This document shows, one piece after another, positions 10,609 to 21,374 of a DNA stretch of 64,000 bases. Where the stretch lies: positions 13,144,001 through 13,208,000 of the forward strand of contig JBHGNT010000010.1 of the NCBI GenBank assembly GCA_043228905.1, read 5' to 3'. The notes under the pieces are model-generated. The model worked only from the letters and a program-made list of their open reading frames with translations. It had not been told where the DNA came from and ran no database searches. The translations under genes and the position numbers were made by a program. The DNA comes from Azolla caroliniana. Lineage: Eukaryota > Plantae > Polypodiophyta. Position 1 is the first letter of the stretch. Every line of letters starts with the position of its first letter.

Positions 10609-13600
10609 TCATTCATCCTCCAAAATGTCCAGAATGCTTTGATCTAAGGGTTCCAATGGTTCCTCAAGAAGTTGTTCTGTCATCTGCTGCTGTTGTTGTT
10701 CGTCCTCCTGCTATTGCCCCGATTGCTCCTGTTCCTTCGGCTACTCTCGTTGTCGCTTCGGCTCCAGCTGTGGCTGCTTCTAGTTGACGTCCGTTTCCTA
10801 TGGCTCAGTCGGTCTGACCGGCTCTTCCTCCTTTTCCGGTTCTGTTGGTCTTACCGGCTCTTCCTCCTTCTTCGACTCTACTAGTCTTGGCATCTCCTGG
10901 TTTTGTTGTTCGGCGTGCACTAGTTCTTGCGGATGACCTTCCTTTAGCGGCTCCTCCTGAGTACTATCTGGTTGGCTTCCCCTGGCTTTAACCGGCATTT
11001 GTTCTGAAGATGGCTCCTTGTCACTGATGCTAATTGCCGCAGTTTTCTTGGCCACTTCTTGCCGTCACCATTCCCGTTCGTACTTTTCAAAATGGAGTTT
11101 GTTGTCCAACTGGTCATCATCCAATTGTGCCACCAACTGGCGTACCACCACCCTTTGCTCATCATCCAAGGATATGAAATCATCTGACAATTCTTCCTTT
11201 ATTGCTTCGATGCTTTCCTTATCTAGGATGTAAACTTTGTCGCCCTCTTTCCGCTGGTTTTTTGCATCTGCACGCAGCAATTGTAGCTCCGCTGCTTGCT
11301 TAGCCCACTTAGACCACCATTGTACTGAGCTTTCCTCCACTAATTGCTTCGTTCGATTCCTCCATGCCAGTACGATATCCCAGATCTACCCCAGCCCCAT
11401 CTTCAACTTGTTCTCCGCAGCCTGTTTTTCATCCTTCAATCGTTTGATTAGGCTCGCGGTTGCCACTTCTTGGCTTTTGTAGTGCATGAGTTGGGTTTGA
11501 TAGGTCGTCTGAACTCTGTTCAGAGTCATTGTAGCGCGCTCCGTTTCCGCATGTGCTTCACTTGAAGGTCCAGTCGCTCTTTCGCTGCTTCCGCTAGTTG
11601 TTTAGCTGTTTCGGCACCCTTCGACTGCTCGTCCATCAATGCCGCCATTATCCAGTTAATTTCCTCCCGGAGTTCCCTGCACTTTTCCTGCTGCCGGTCA
11701 CTTTTAGTAATCAATTTCTTATGATTAGCATCCAAATGCTTATAATCCCGGTGCAGTCGGTCGAAGTCGTCGATTTTCTGTTTTAGCTTTTGCTTGATAA
11801 GCCGGCGAGCACGGTCCTCACGGTCTTTTTGTCAGAGCTCTTCTTTGAGGCGCTCAATCTCCACTTCCACTGTCTGCCGGAGTTTCTCTTTTTCTTGCAG
11901 GAGTTTGTCTTTCTCTTCTTTCAGCCGGTCATACACTTGATGACCTCTTCTCAAGCTTTCCTCTGTTCCGCAGAGGCTGTCGACTGTCCTCCTTTGGTCC
12001 TCCTCCGCCGCTTTTTTCAATTCTTGTTCCCTGGCTCGTAAAGCTTCTTGTGTTGCGAGGTCTTCCCTTAATGTGGCAAGCTCCTGTGCTGACGTTTTAT
12101 GAGTATTCGCGCCTGCCTCAATCACCAGGGTTTGATTGTTCTGTAAAGTTACCAGAGCCACCGGTTCCGATTTCTGTGGTCCTTCTATGACCAACTTGAC
12201 CATTTCTGTTCTGGCCTTCTCTATGTCTTCTTCCATGCTCCGGATTCTTGACCGGGCCATCTTTAATTCCTCGGTTGTGGCTAGCAATCGGGCTTCCTGC
12301 GCTTTCTCTTCTGCTTCTAACTGGCAGATGACACCAGTGACTTGTTCCGCTACCCATCGTAGCCATTGATTGCTGGTGCCTTGTTGTCGTGCCGGTTCTG
12401 GTCGTGGGAGGGCGTTTTCACTAGCCATGAGCCTACTATTGATGGTTTCGTCAAGCGGCCGCTCCGGTTCTTGTTGTTGCTGTTGCGGCGGCGATGCCGG
12501 CAATTCAATGACCGGTTCTTGTTCCACCAGTACTACCGTGTCCTGGACTGCTGGTTCTGCGATGTCCTGTCGCACCACTTGCTCTGTCCCCAATTCTTGT
12601 TGAGCCAGTTCTGCCGCCTTCCTAGGTTGCAGTTCCTTAGGGAGGGCTTCCAATATAATATCCTCCATTGGCCTTGATGTCCCCCCTTCGTGACCCTTTT
12701 CACTTGTTTGGCGATGACGTAACAACATCTTTGTAGGCTCGTCTTCTTGTTGTTTGTCCTCCAGGGTCTTGCTGTTGATTAACGCTATCAGGGGGTCCTG
12801 CCCTTGCGTTTTCTCCGGTTGTTGTTCTGCTTGTTGTTTTGTCAGGCGCAACTTGACTTTTAAAGGTCTCCCCGAGGTTTCCACCGATGCCTCCTTCTTT
12901 GTCGGCCGCTTCTGATTCAGCCGTTCCTTAGCTTGGGTAGCTAAGAGTTGCTGCCATTTTGAAGCTGTTTTGGGGGTCGATTTTGTCAGTCTTCCCCTCT
13001 TCCTTTGTTTCATGGGCTCCATCGGCGGTGCTAACAGAGTGAGCCATTGTGCCACTGTTGTCCACATCTTTTTGCCATCCTTTATTGAGATGATGGCAGT
13101 GCTTAGGCCGTCGACGATCATTACTGGCCAATCCACCTGTACTCCCTCGTAGGTAGCTATGATCAAATCGGCTCTATTCCCGGGCATCGCCGGTGGTCGG
13201 GGGTATACATGACCATACTCGTGGAGTACCTGAGCAATTTCCCGAAACAATAGGTCTTCACCGCCTTGCGTGCGGTACGCCTTGCTGCCTAGGAGTATTC
13301 ACCGAAATACCCCGTCAACAGCTCCTCTAAAAGGTTGTTGATCGAGCACATTCCCCCTTCTGGTAAGCTGGTCAGGGCTCGGATGGCTTCCTCGGGGATG
13401 ACCTTCGTGTCGATGTCTTTGACGACATTTTCCGCATCTCCATGCGGCGGTGCTTCGACTATCCTCAAGAATCCCTCTAGACCATGTTGCTCCAGCCATT
13501 TCTTAGCCGCTTTTGAGAGTACCATGCATTCCATGTCGTCGTCAGAGTCAGTAGGTTGTGGTAAGATTGGTACGCCTGTGTGTTCTGCGTGCTCTCACCT

Positions 13601-13687
13601 AATCACTCGTAATCGCCTGTGTGTGTTGAGATCTCTGTGTTCGCGAAATGAAAGGGACTCTGCGCGGCGAAGGTTTTCTTTCTCCAT
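10609..13687 (-). pseudogene. Extra ORF (~1000 codons) downstream of integrase in element E: globular N-terminus plus long coiled-coil and Q/E/P-rich tail
   Basis: Collinear minus-strand ORF pieces 13289-13534, 11832-13250, 11526-11735, 11065-11340 and 10798-11055; many stops look like CAG>TAG; probable ATG at 13687 and TGA at 10609. Confidence 0.75.
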
Positions 13688-14043
13688 GTGTGGCACCTTT
13701 TCTTGATTCCCTTGCATGCACGTCTTGTACTAATATAGCAGTCGGTTGACACGTGGTGCACCTTTTTAAAAGGGCTTTAATTAGCCACCCACCACACCTT
13801 TTCAAAGTGGTTGTTCGCTCCTCGCCTCTACATGATGGCTTTTCTTTTTCTTTTTTCTTTTTTTTTTGTCAAATTGAGTTTTAGTTAACCGGAAGCCCTG
13901 GGTCCGTATCCCGGTTTTTGCCCATTTTCACGTTTGCCGGCCACCTGTTTGTCGTTATCCAGTAACGCCGGCTCCGCCTGACTGTCGGGTACTTTTTTCC
14001 TACTTCCTACTTTTGTATCAGCCTCCGTCTGCTTGAACGGATT

Positions 14044-17000
14044 CTATGGCATAGGTCCGCAATATGGTTTGAGTCGAAACCCATCGACCCATTTGCCCAT
14101 TATCTCACCGGCGACCGTTTCGAGCTGGTATGAACCGTTGAATTCCCACGTTATCCAATACGGTCCGGTCCACCGGAACCATAGCTTTCTCGGCATCTGA
14201 CCCATCCGGGTTTGGAACACGAATACCGGCTTGCCGATCCCGAACATCTTCTCATTGCCCTTCCGGTGCCGATCGACAAACAACTTCCTTCATTGTTGCT
14301 CCAGTTCTAACTGCATGAGACTCGCTATCCGGTGCTCCTCGAGTTTGCATAATGCGGCTAACCGGAATTTTTCCGATTCTTTTTCACTTAGTTGTTCTCT
14401 AACCTGTATCTGCAAACTTGGAACCTGAAATTCGATCGACATTACTGCTTCCAACCCAAATGTTAACCGGAATGGCGTTGACCGGATGCTCGTTTTGTAT
14501 GTCGTCCGGTATACCCATAGTGGACTATGCAGCTTCGTGTCCCAATCGGTCCGGTTTTCATTTACGATCTTTTGCAGGATGTTTTGGAGCATTTTGTTTG
14601 TGGATTCGGCCAGTCCATTGGCCTGTGGCTAATAAGGGGTACTGCGCTTGTGTACCACCGCATAGAATGTTAAGCTCTCCACTACTTGATCGAGAAAATG
14701 TCTGCCTTGGTCGCTAATTAACCCGATCGGGCATCCATACCGGCACCAGATGTACTCATATAAGAACTTTGCCATTGATGCCACAGTGTTGTCCCGCAAA
14801 GCCTTGGCTTCTACCCACTTGGTGCAATAATCGGTGGCGACTATAACATATATGTTGCTGGTTCTCATTGCGAGAGGTTTAAATGACCCAACGAAATCCA
14901 ACCCCCATTTTTGAAATGGTTCTAAGGGTAGCACCGGCTGGTGAGGCATCCTTGCTTGTTCTGTTGGTTGGCCCATCCGTTGACATAAATCACAGACTTT
15001 CACATACCGAACCGAGTCCTTCAATGTCGTCGGCCACCATAGCCCGCTGTGCCATATCTTTCTTGCCGTAGCGTCCCCGGCATAGTGCCCTCCGGCAACG
15101 CCACAGTGCGCTTCTCATAATATTGTGTCCTTTTCGTTGCTTCGCACTGCTCGCCGCCATATGCCATCCGCGCCTTTGTGGTACAGGGTGTCCTGTAGTA
15201 GACAAAAATGTCGGCTTTGTACCGCTAACCGCTTCCGCTCATCCCGGTTCATCTCCTCCGGTGGGAGTCCCGTGCTTAGGAATTGAAGCATGTTGGTTAG
15301 CCACTTGTCTTCGTCGACTACTGTGCAATCAATTGCCGTTTCTGCTGTTACTTTAAACAACTCGGCATCCGGAAACTTATCCGGGACTCCATCACCGGTC
15401 TCGCTGGAATCTAACCGGCTCAAATAATCGGCAACCGCATGTTGTATTCCTGACCGGTGATATATTTCGAACTCAAACTCTTGTAGCAACAATGTCCATC
15501 GGGCCAGGTTGCCGGTGAGCGATGCCTTTGAGACCAAATATAATAGCGCTGAGTGGTCGACATGAATTGAAAATTTCCTTCCCAATAAATAGTGCCTGAA
15601 CTTGGTCACACTGTAAATCATCCCTAAGGCTTCTCTTTCCGTTGAATAATTTCGTTCCACCTGGGATAGCTTCCGGCTAGCATAATAAACCGGTCGGTAC
15701 CATTTCGGTTTGGTCAATTGCATTAGCGCGCTGCCGATTGCTATGTTGGACGCATCAACAAACACGTGGAATTCTTTTGACCAGTCCGGTGGTTGCGCAC
15801 CACCAGTGCTTGTGATAGCAGTACTTTCAGTGCCCGGTAAGCCTCATCCTCCGTATTTGTCCATTGAAACGGCGTCCGGTGAACTGCGGCATGCAACGGT
15901 GCCACCGGATTTGCCCTAGAAACCGACTCAAAGCTTTGGTCGTGGATGGTGCCGGTGCCTCTAAGATTGCTTTGACCTTATCGGGGTCTACCGCGATCCC
16001 GTCCTTGCTGACAAGATGGCCCAACAATGCACCACTTGTTACTCCGAACACACACTTTGCTGGATTCAGGCTTAACCGATAACTCCTGCATTTCTCAAGA
16101 CATAGCCGGAGGTGTTGGAGATGTTCTCCTTCTCGGCTATACACGACGAAGTTGTCCAGGAATACCTGCATCAATGCCGGGATGAACTCGCCAAATATTT
16201 CCATGATTATTTGTTGGAAGGTCACCGACGAAGTCTTGAGCCCGAACATCCTTACCACTGCGACGAAAACTCCCCATTCGGTGACGAACGTCGTCTTGTC
16301 TTGGTCGTCGGGGTGCATCCTTATTTGATTGTAGCCGCTAAAACCGTCTAGAAAGTTATACACTTCATGACCGGCTATCGCGTCCAGGACTCCATCCGTA
16401 AATAGAAGTGGAAAGGCGTCGGTCACTCTTGCTGCATTGAGTTTCCAGTAGTCAACACACACCCGGATCTTACCGTTCTTTTTCGGCATGACGACTATGG
16501 GGCTTAACCATGTAGCTTTTTTCATTGGTCGGATAAAACCGACTCGTAACAACTTGTCAATTTCCTCTTTTACCTTGGCCGCATAGTTGGGGTTCATTCG
16601 GTAATGTTGTTGTGCTACCGGTTTGGCATCCTTACTAAGATGTATCTGGTGTTGGTACAATTGAGGATCCAACCCCTGCATGTCTTCATATGACCAGGCG
16701 AATACGTCCCGGAATTCCTTTAATAAAGTGATCATCACCGTCTTGTTGTCCGGTGACATTTCCTTAGCAATATGAACCGGTCTTACGTCGTCCCCGGTTC
16801 CTGAGTTTACTTCCTCTAACTGGGATGCTTTCACGCGTTGGGATACCGCCATCTCCCTCTCTAGGGCTTCCTGTGCTTGCCTACTTCTCTGATAGCTTCC
16901 CGGTCTGGTTCCCCGCCGACATCATCCCATTGCGTTATATATGGGGACACCGCTTCTGGCACATCGATTTCAAATAGGGGTACAATTTTTGGGTTTTCTT

Positions 17001-18288
17001 CTAAGTATTGGTCGATCTCTTCGTCCGCAAGCCCCGCGACCGCGAGCATGTTTACCCCTTCCGCATATAACGGTGTCAGCTCCTTGCCGGTACTTGCTCT
17101 AGGGTGGGTAGGTACCCTTTAGTCTTTCCTCGCCGGAAGGTAATCATGTATTTATGCCAGTTTTGTTTGACATGCGCCTTTTTTAGCCATGGGCGGCCCA
17201 ATAACAGCGGGTAAGCCCCTTGCGCATTGAGCTGGAGAACCACTAGTGCTGCTTGCCGGTTCAGCAAGTTATATTCACATCGGTCCATTGTGTGTGCCCT
17301 GGAATGGCATAACATGCACTGTGTCCGCATGGTACATTCTATTGCCGAGTGCCCGGCATTGAGACAAGTCGTACATTGTATAGCTTGCTGAAAACGTAGG
17401 TCGTCTTCTATCAGTAATGTACGCTGGAGTGCCCCCATTGTTAGCCATGAGTTTGTTTTCTCCATCTCCCTGACCCTTTCTATGACTTGGTCGATCGTGC
17501 TGGTGCGGAAATCAATCACTACGCACACCATACGCAGGGGTTCTCTTAGTGTTGCTAGGAATATTGCTTTAGCCTCTGCTTCCGGTGGTGCCTAATTTAG
17601 TTGGTTGTGCATTCGCTGGAACCGGATTACAAATTGTTGAATGGTTTCCGTCGGTTCTTGCCGTATGGTGTAGAATAGGCCAACCATCTCCCGTTGATCC
17701 ACCTCCTTGTTGAAGAACTGTAAAAATCTGGTTTTTAAGTCTTCAAACGTCATGATGGTGCCAGGAGGGTGCGTCAAGCACCATCGCGCGGTTGGTCCTT
17801 CCAAGGTCATGCCGAACTCTGCAATCATCGAGCGTTTTGCTTCGGCGGCGGTCAAGCGTTACGACACATGGTTTGCTTCCCATGTTTGTAGAAATGCATA
17901 GACATGAGCTTCCGCGTCCGGATCATCCCGGTACTTGGGATATTGGAACGGCATGTCGTCATTTGGTGTCAGAACACGAGCTGGTGGTGTCGGAGGTCTC
18001 CCCTCCTCTTCTTTCGGTGTTAGAGGTCTTTCCTCCTCATCTTTCGGTGTCTCACGTGGCGGTGTCGGAAGTTGATTTGCCACTTGCCAGTTTGGGGCCT
18101 CCAGTTTCATTAACTCTGGTTCCGGTGTCGGCAAGGTATTCAACTACTCGTCCTCCGGTCCATCTGGGGTGTCGTGGCTGCTACGATAGTTCGAATGGGC
18201 GTTGCATTCGCCGTCCGAATCCGATTCGAAGGTCGAGAATGGTTCCGAATCACCTCCCCCTATCGCTAGTGCCTGTAGAATGGATTCT
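14044..18288 (-). pseudogene. gag-pol of gypsy element E (gag, two zinc knuckles, partly deleted protease, RT, RNase H, integrase)
   Basis: Gag TLEGPTARW..FEDLKTRFL; CTTCLNAGH/CMLCHSRAH; RT WLSPIVVMPKKNGKIRVCVDY, FLDGFSGYNQI; RH VDASNIAIG, EREALG; integrase KWGLDFVG, ISDQG. Confidence 0.93.
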
Positions 18289-19358
18289 AGGGGCTGTTGT
18301 CGCTACATGCGAAGCCATTTGGCTAAAAAGGCTATTAAAGGATCTGGAGGTGGAAGTGTCTGAACCAACAATGATATACTGTGACAACGTCAGTAATATC
18401 TGATGAGGTGTTTAAGACGAAGGATAGTTGTACACAATATGAGGGCTTGACCAAACCGGTTAGATGGAGTTGTGACTCATAATATATTATATAGACCAAG
18501 AGAGACTCAAGAAATTAAGAAAAAAAGATAGAGAAAATGAGAAAGAGATAATATTGTTATGATATTCCATCATCAAGACAATACAAAGGAGATAAACTCC
18601 ACATTCAACTAAGAAACCAAAGACCTTCTTACTACCAATCACTCAAAAACCACAATTAAGACCCTTCCTCTTTCACTAAGATTTCTCTTCCTAAGACTCC
18701 CTCTCCTCTATTAGGATCCTCTCCCTCTTAGTTCCTCTCGTCTATGACTATCACTTCCTCTTTTATAATTTTCTTCTTCTTCCTCGTTCACACTATTTTT
18801 AGAAGCTTTTCATCTCCTATTTTTAGCTAAGACCCAATGACCTTCTAATCGTCATATCTCCCTCCTCAGAGCTCCTAATTTAGTGATTTAATACGCTACA
18901 GATAGCTCTCTTTACAAGATTTCTAACCCATATTTAAACATAATATTTGGGTGAAAAACGAAGAAGTTATGACCATTCCTTTTTTACTGTTTTTTATGGT
19001 TCGCTTTTTCTCTTTTTACTTTTCTCTTGGTCTCTTACTTTTACTTTTGACTTCTTCCCTAAGCTCTTAGTTCATGTTCTTATCCTCCAAAAGTGAATTA
19101 TCCATACTTTATATCCATCTAGTGTTCAATGGTTTGAATTCAAAAAACACTTTCATAGTATCCAACTTGCAAAGAACCCTGTCTTCCACGCTTGGATAAA
19201 GCACATTGAGGTGCACCATCATTTTGTCCGCGAGCGAGTCCTCTCCGGTAAAGTCGAACTTGTGTATGTTCCAACTAATCGGCAGGTGGACGATATCTTC
19301 ATCAAACCTCTTGGCCTAGAGAAGTTGCGACATTTTTCGAGTATGCTTGGGTTACAAC
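18289..19358 (+). repeat. ~305-bp duplicate of copia D RNase H (copy of 9786-10093) lying inside element E, interrupted by a solo LTR
   Basis: 18289-18400 plus 19158-19358 align with 9786-10093 with few substitutions. Confidence 0.92.
18401..19157. repeat. Solo LTR of an unidentified family
   Basis: TGATGA..TTCATA termini; TSD ATATC/GTATC; absent from the donor copy near 9897. Confidence 0.8.
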
Positions 19359-20515
19359 TGTTATCGCTAAGGCCGGACAATGGCCTAACACAGGGTGTCC
19401 CTTTGAGACACTTCACCAAAGGGGTGTTGTGGTGAGATAAAGTTAGACCGACTATTAATGAAACCCTAATTGGTTACTAAGCGGCAAGATCATTAGTCAC
19501 AATACACGCGTAGGATAAATTACACTTAGCATAGAACAATGCTGCGTTGTTACGCGCGTGCGTATAGAACGAGGCAGAACCATGGGGGTTTTGGACTGAG
19601 GAATAGCCGATCAGGAGTAGGAGCAAGAAAGACGATGACCTTGCTTCCACACGCACACACACAGATACACAGAAACCGCAACCGAATGAAACAACGGAAA
19701 CGAGACGAATGCTATATGTATATATATATATATTCCGATGAAAAGGGGGTTACAACCGGCAGGCCGGTGAGCGACAAATCTCCTACGCCTATGCACACGC
19801 TCACAGAAGTGCGAGATGGAGACTCTGCCGGAAGCACTCGGGCGTTCCGCGGAGCAGAGTCAGCCTCCCGAAAACCTGCACTTAGCAAATACAGAGAAAG
19901 GCAGAGGAGAAGAGCTCGGTCCCAGTCCGACAACACTTCGTCCTTGACAAAACACGATCCCCTCCACAATACCTCTCCCTCTCTTTTATAGCCCAAGGAG
20001 GGAGGCCGTTACAACCCATTACAACCCGTTACATCATCTTTATTCTTTGTCCTTTCAGATAGAGATACGCCTCGATTTCCTACCTATCAAATCCGTGCAA
20101 CCTAGGATATTCACATCAGCCGACTTGTACCTAAATATGTACACTGCAACAAAACTTGTGCCCGCGTGTAAGGGCCAGTTCGTGCACATCATTCTCCGAT
20201 TCCGCCTAGGGACAATTTTCTCCACAACAACGGCAATTAACAATGATTAAGATATAGAACAACAAAACTCTATTAATTATCCACTAATGATTACAATCTA
20301 ACCGAGCCCTTTTATAGGTCTCCGGCTCTAGGTACAAACTGGGGCCAACCGGCAACCGGCTACGAACTGGTTCGGATCCGAATCGGCATACTGATTCCGG
20401 GTCTGTCCATTCGCTTCTCAAAATCATAATAATTCTATATTATATATATAATTAGCTGCCGGTTATTAATTATCCCCTTCTTCCATTCTAGACTTTCCTT
20501 GCCAGTTGGGTTACA
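19359..20515 (-). repeat. 5' LTR of element E (contains solo LTR 19540-20226)
   Basis: Starts TGTTATCGC; matches 10094-10556 on both sides of the insert. Confidence 0.9.
19540..20226 (-). repeat. Solo LTR-like insert in the 5' LTR of E
   Basis: TG..CA ends; apparent 4-bp TSD ACAA (right end could instead be 20229); minus-strand CTATAAAAG near 19984-19992; absent from the 3' LTR. Confidence 0.7.
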
Positions 20516-20938
20516 ACATCTTGACATGCCGAACTTGAGGGGGAGAACTGAAGTAAAAAAGTAGAGAGTCAAAGTCCGAGAAACCGAATCAGATGAAGAA
20601 TTCGATTTTGGCATGACTGAAGTAGTTGGAACAACTGGATTGGCTGGAGAAGCCGAGGACGCATGGACAAGTGGAAGAAGACCGACTAAGAAAATGCTAG
20701 CCACATGCAGGGGCAGCAGCTCAAAGAAAGAACCGAAGCCAGAGCCAACTGAACTAAGGGGAGGAAAAGCCAAGAAGGGGGCAAGAGAGGCAGAAGAGTC
20801 GAGATAGACAGAGCCGACCGAGTGAAGGCCAAGACCAGGACATGTGCAAATGTGGTCAAGGGCTAAAAGGAGAACGAATCAGAAGTAGCCAAATTGATCA
20901 AAGTGTTCGATCTGGAGAAGCCGAATCGATTGGCCAAG

Positions 20939-21363
20939 TGTCAGGAATAGTACTAAAGCAGAGATGGAATTAGTACTAAGAAGAGCAGTACTATGAGTAC
21001 TAAGAGGACGGGATTGCGTATGATTCCAAAGAGAGAGGAAGTGAGAAGAGGAGAGAGAGAGATAGATGATGACAGCATCTAATATATTATGTGAAAAAGA
21101 TAAGTACAAGTGGCTAAGAGGCTTAAGACTGGTTTTGAACCAATTTGGTTCAACATAATGCCTAGTGCCTTCTTTTATAGTGTTGTCAGGAGTAATCCTG
21201 AAACTTCTATAATATTCCAGAGAAATCTGGAATATACATTACTTTCTTATAATAAAACATAAATGAAAAGAATATCCTATGAATTACAATAGATGGTGTG
21301 ACGGTTAAGAGCTCGACCCATATACCATAAGGTCATGGGTTTGAGTCTTGCCGTATCATGACA
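20939..21363 (-). repeat. 3' LTR of element F
   Basis: Direct repeat of 26136-26559. Confidence 0.95.
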
Positions 21364-21374
21364 CTATCTCCCCC

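Larger units (their letters stand above)
10094..20515 (-). mobile_element. Non-chromovirus Ty3/gypsy LTR retrotransposon (Athila/Phygy/Selgy-like) with extra 3' ORF (element E)
   Basis: Direct-repeat LTRs at 10094-10556 and 19359-20515; flanked by ACAAC on both sides; gag, RT, RNase H, integrase order on the minus strand. Confidence 0.9.

Noticed and set aside
18250-18262. TAGGGGGAGGTG (minus strand) as a PPT of element E
   Set aside because: Not adjacent to an LTR, and it lies within the gag N-terminal reading frame (IGGGD).
17792-18403. 203-aa ORF ending in copia RNase H residues
   Set aside because: Antisense gypsy gag fused to the duplicated copia segment at 18289.
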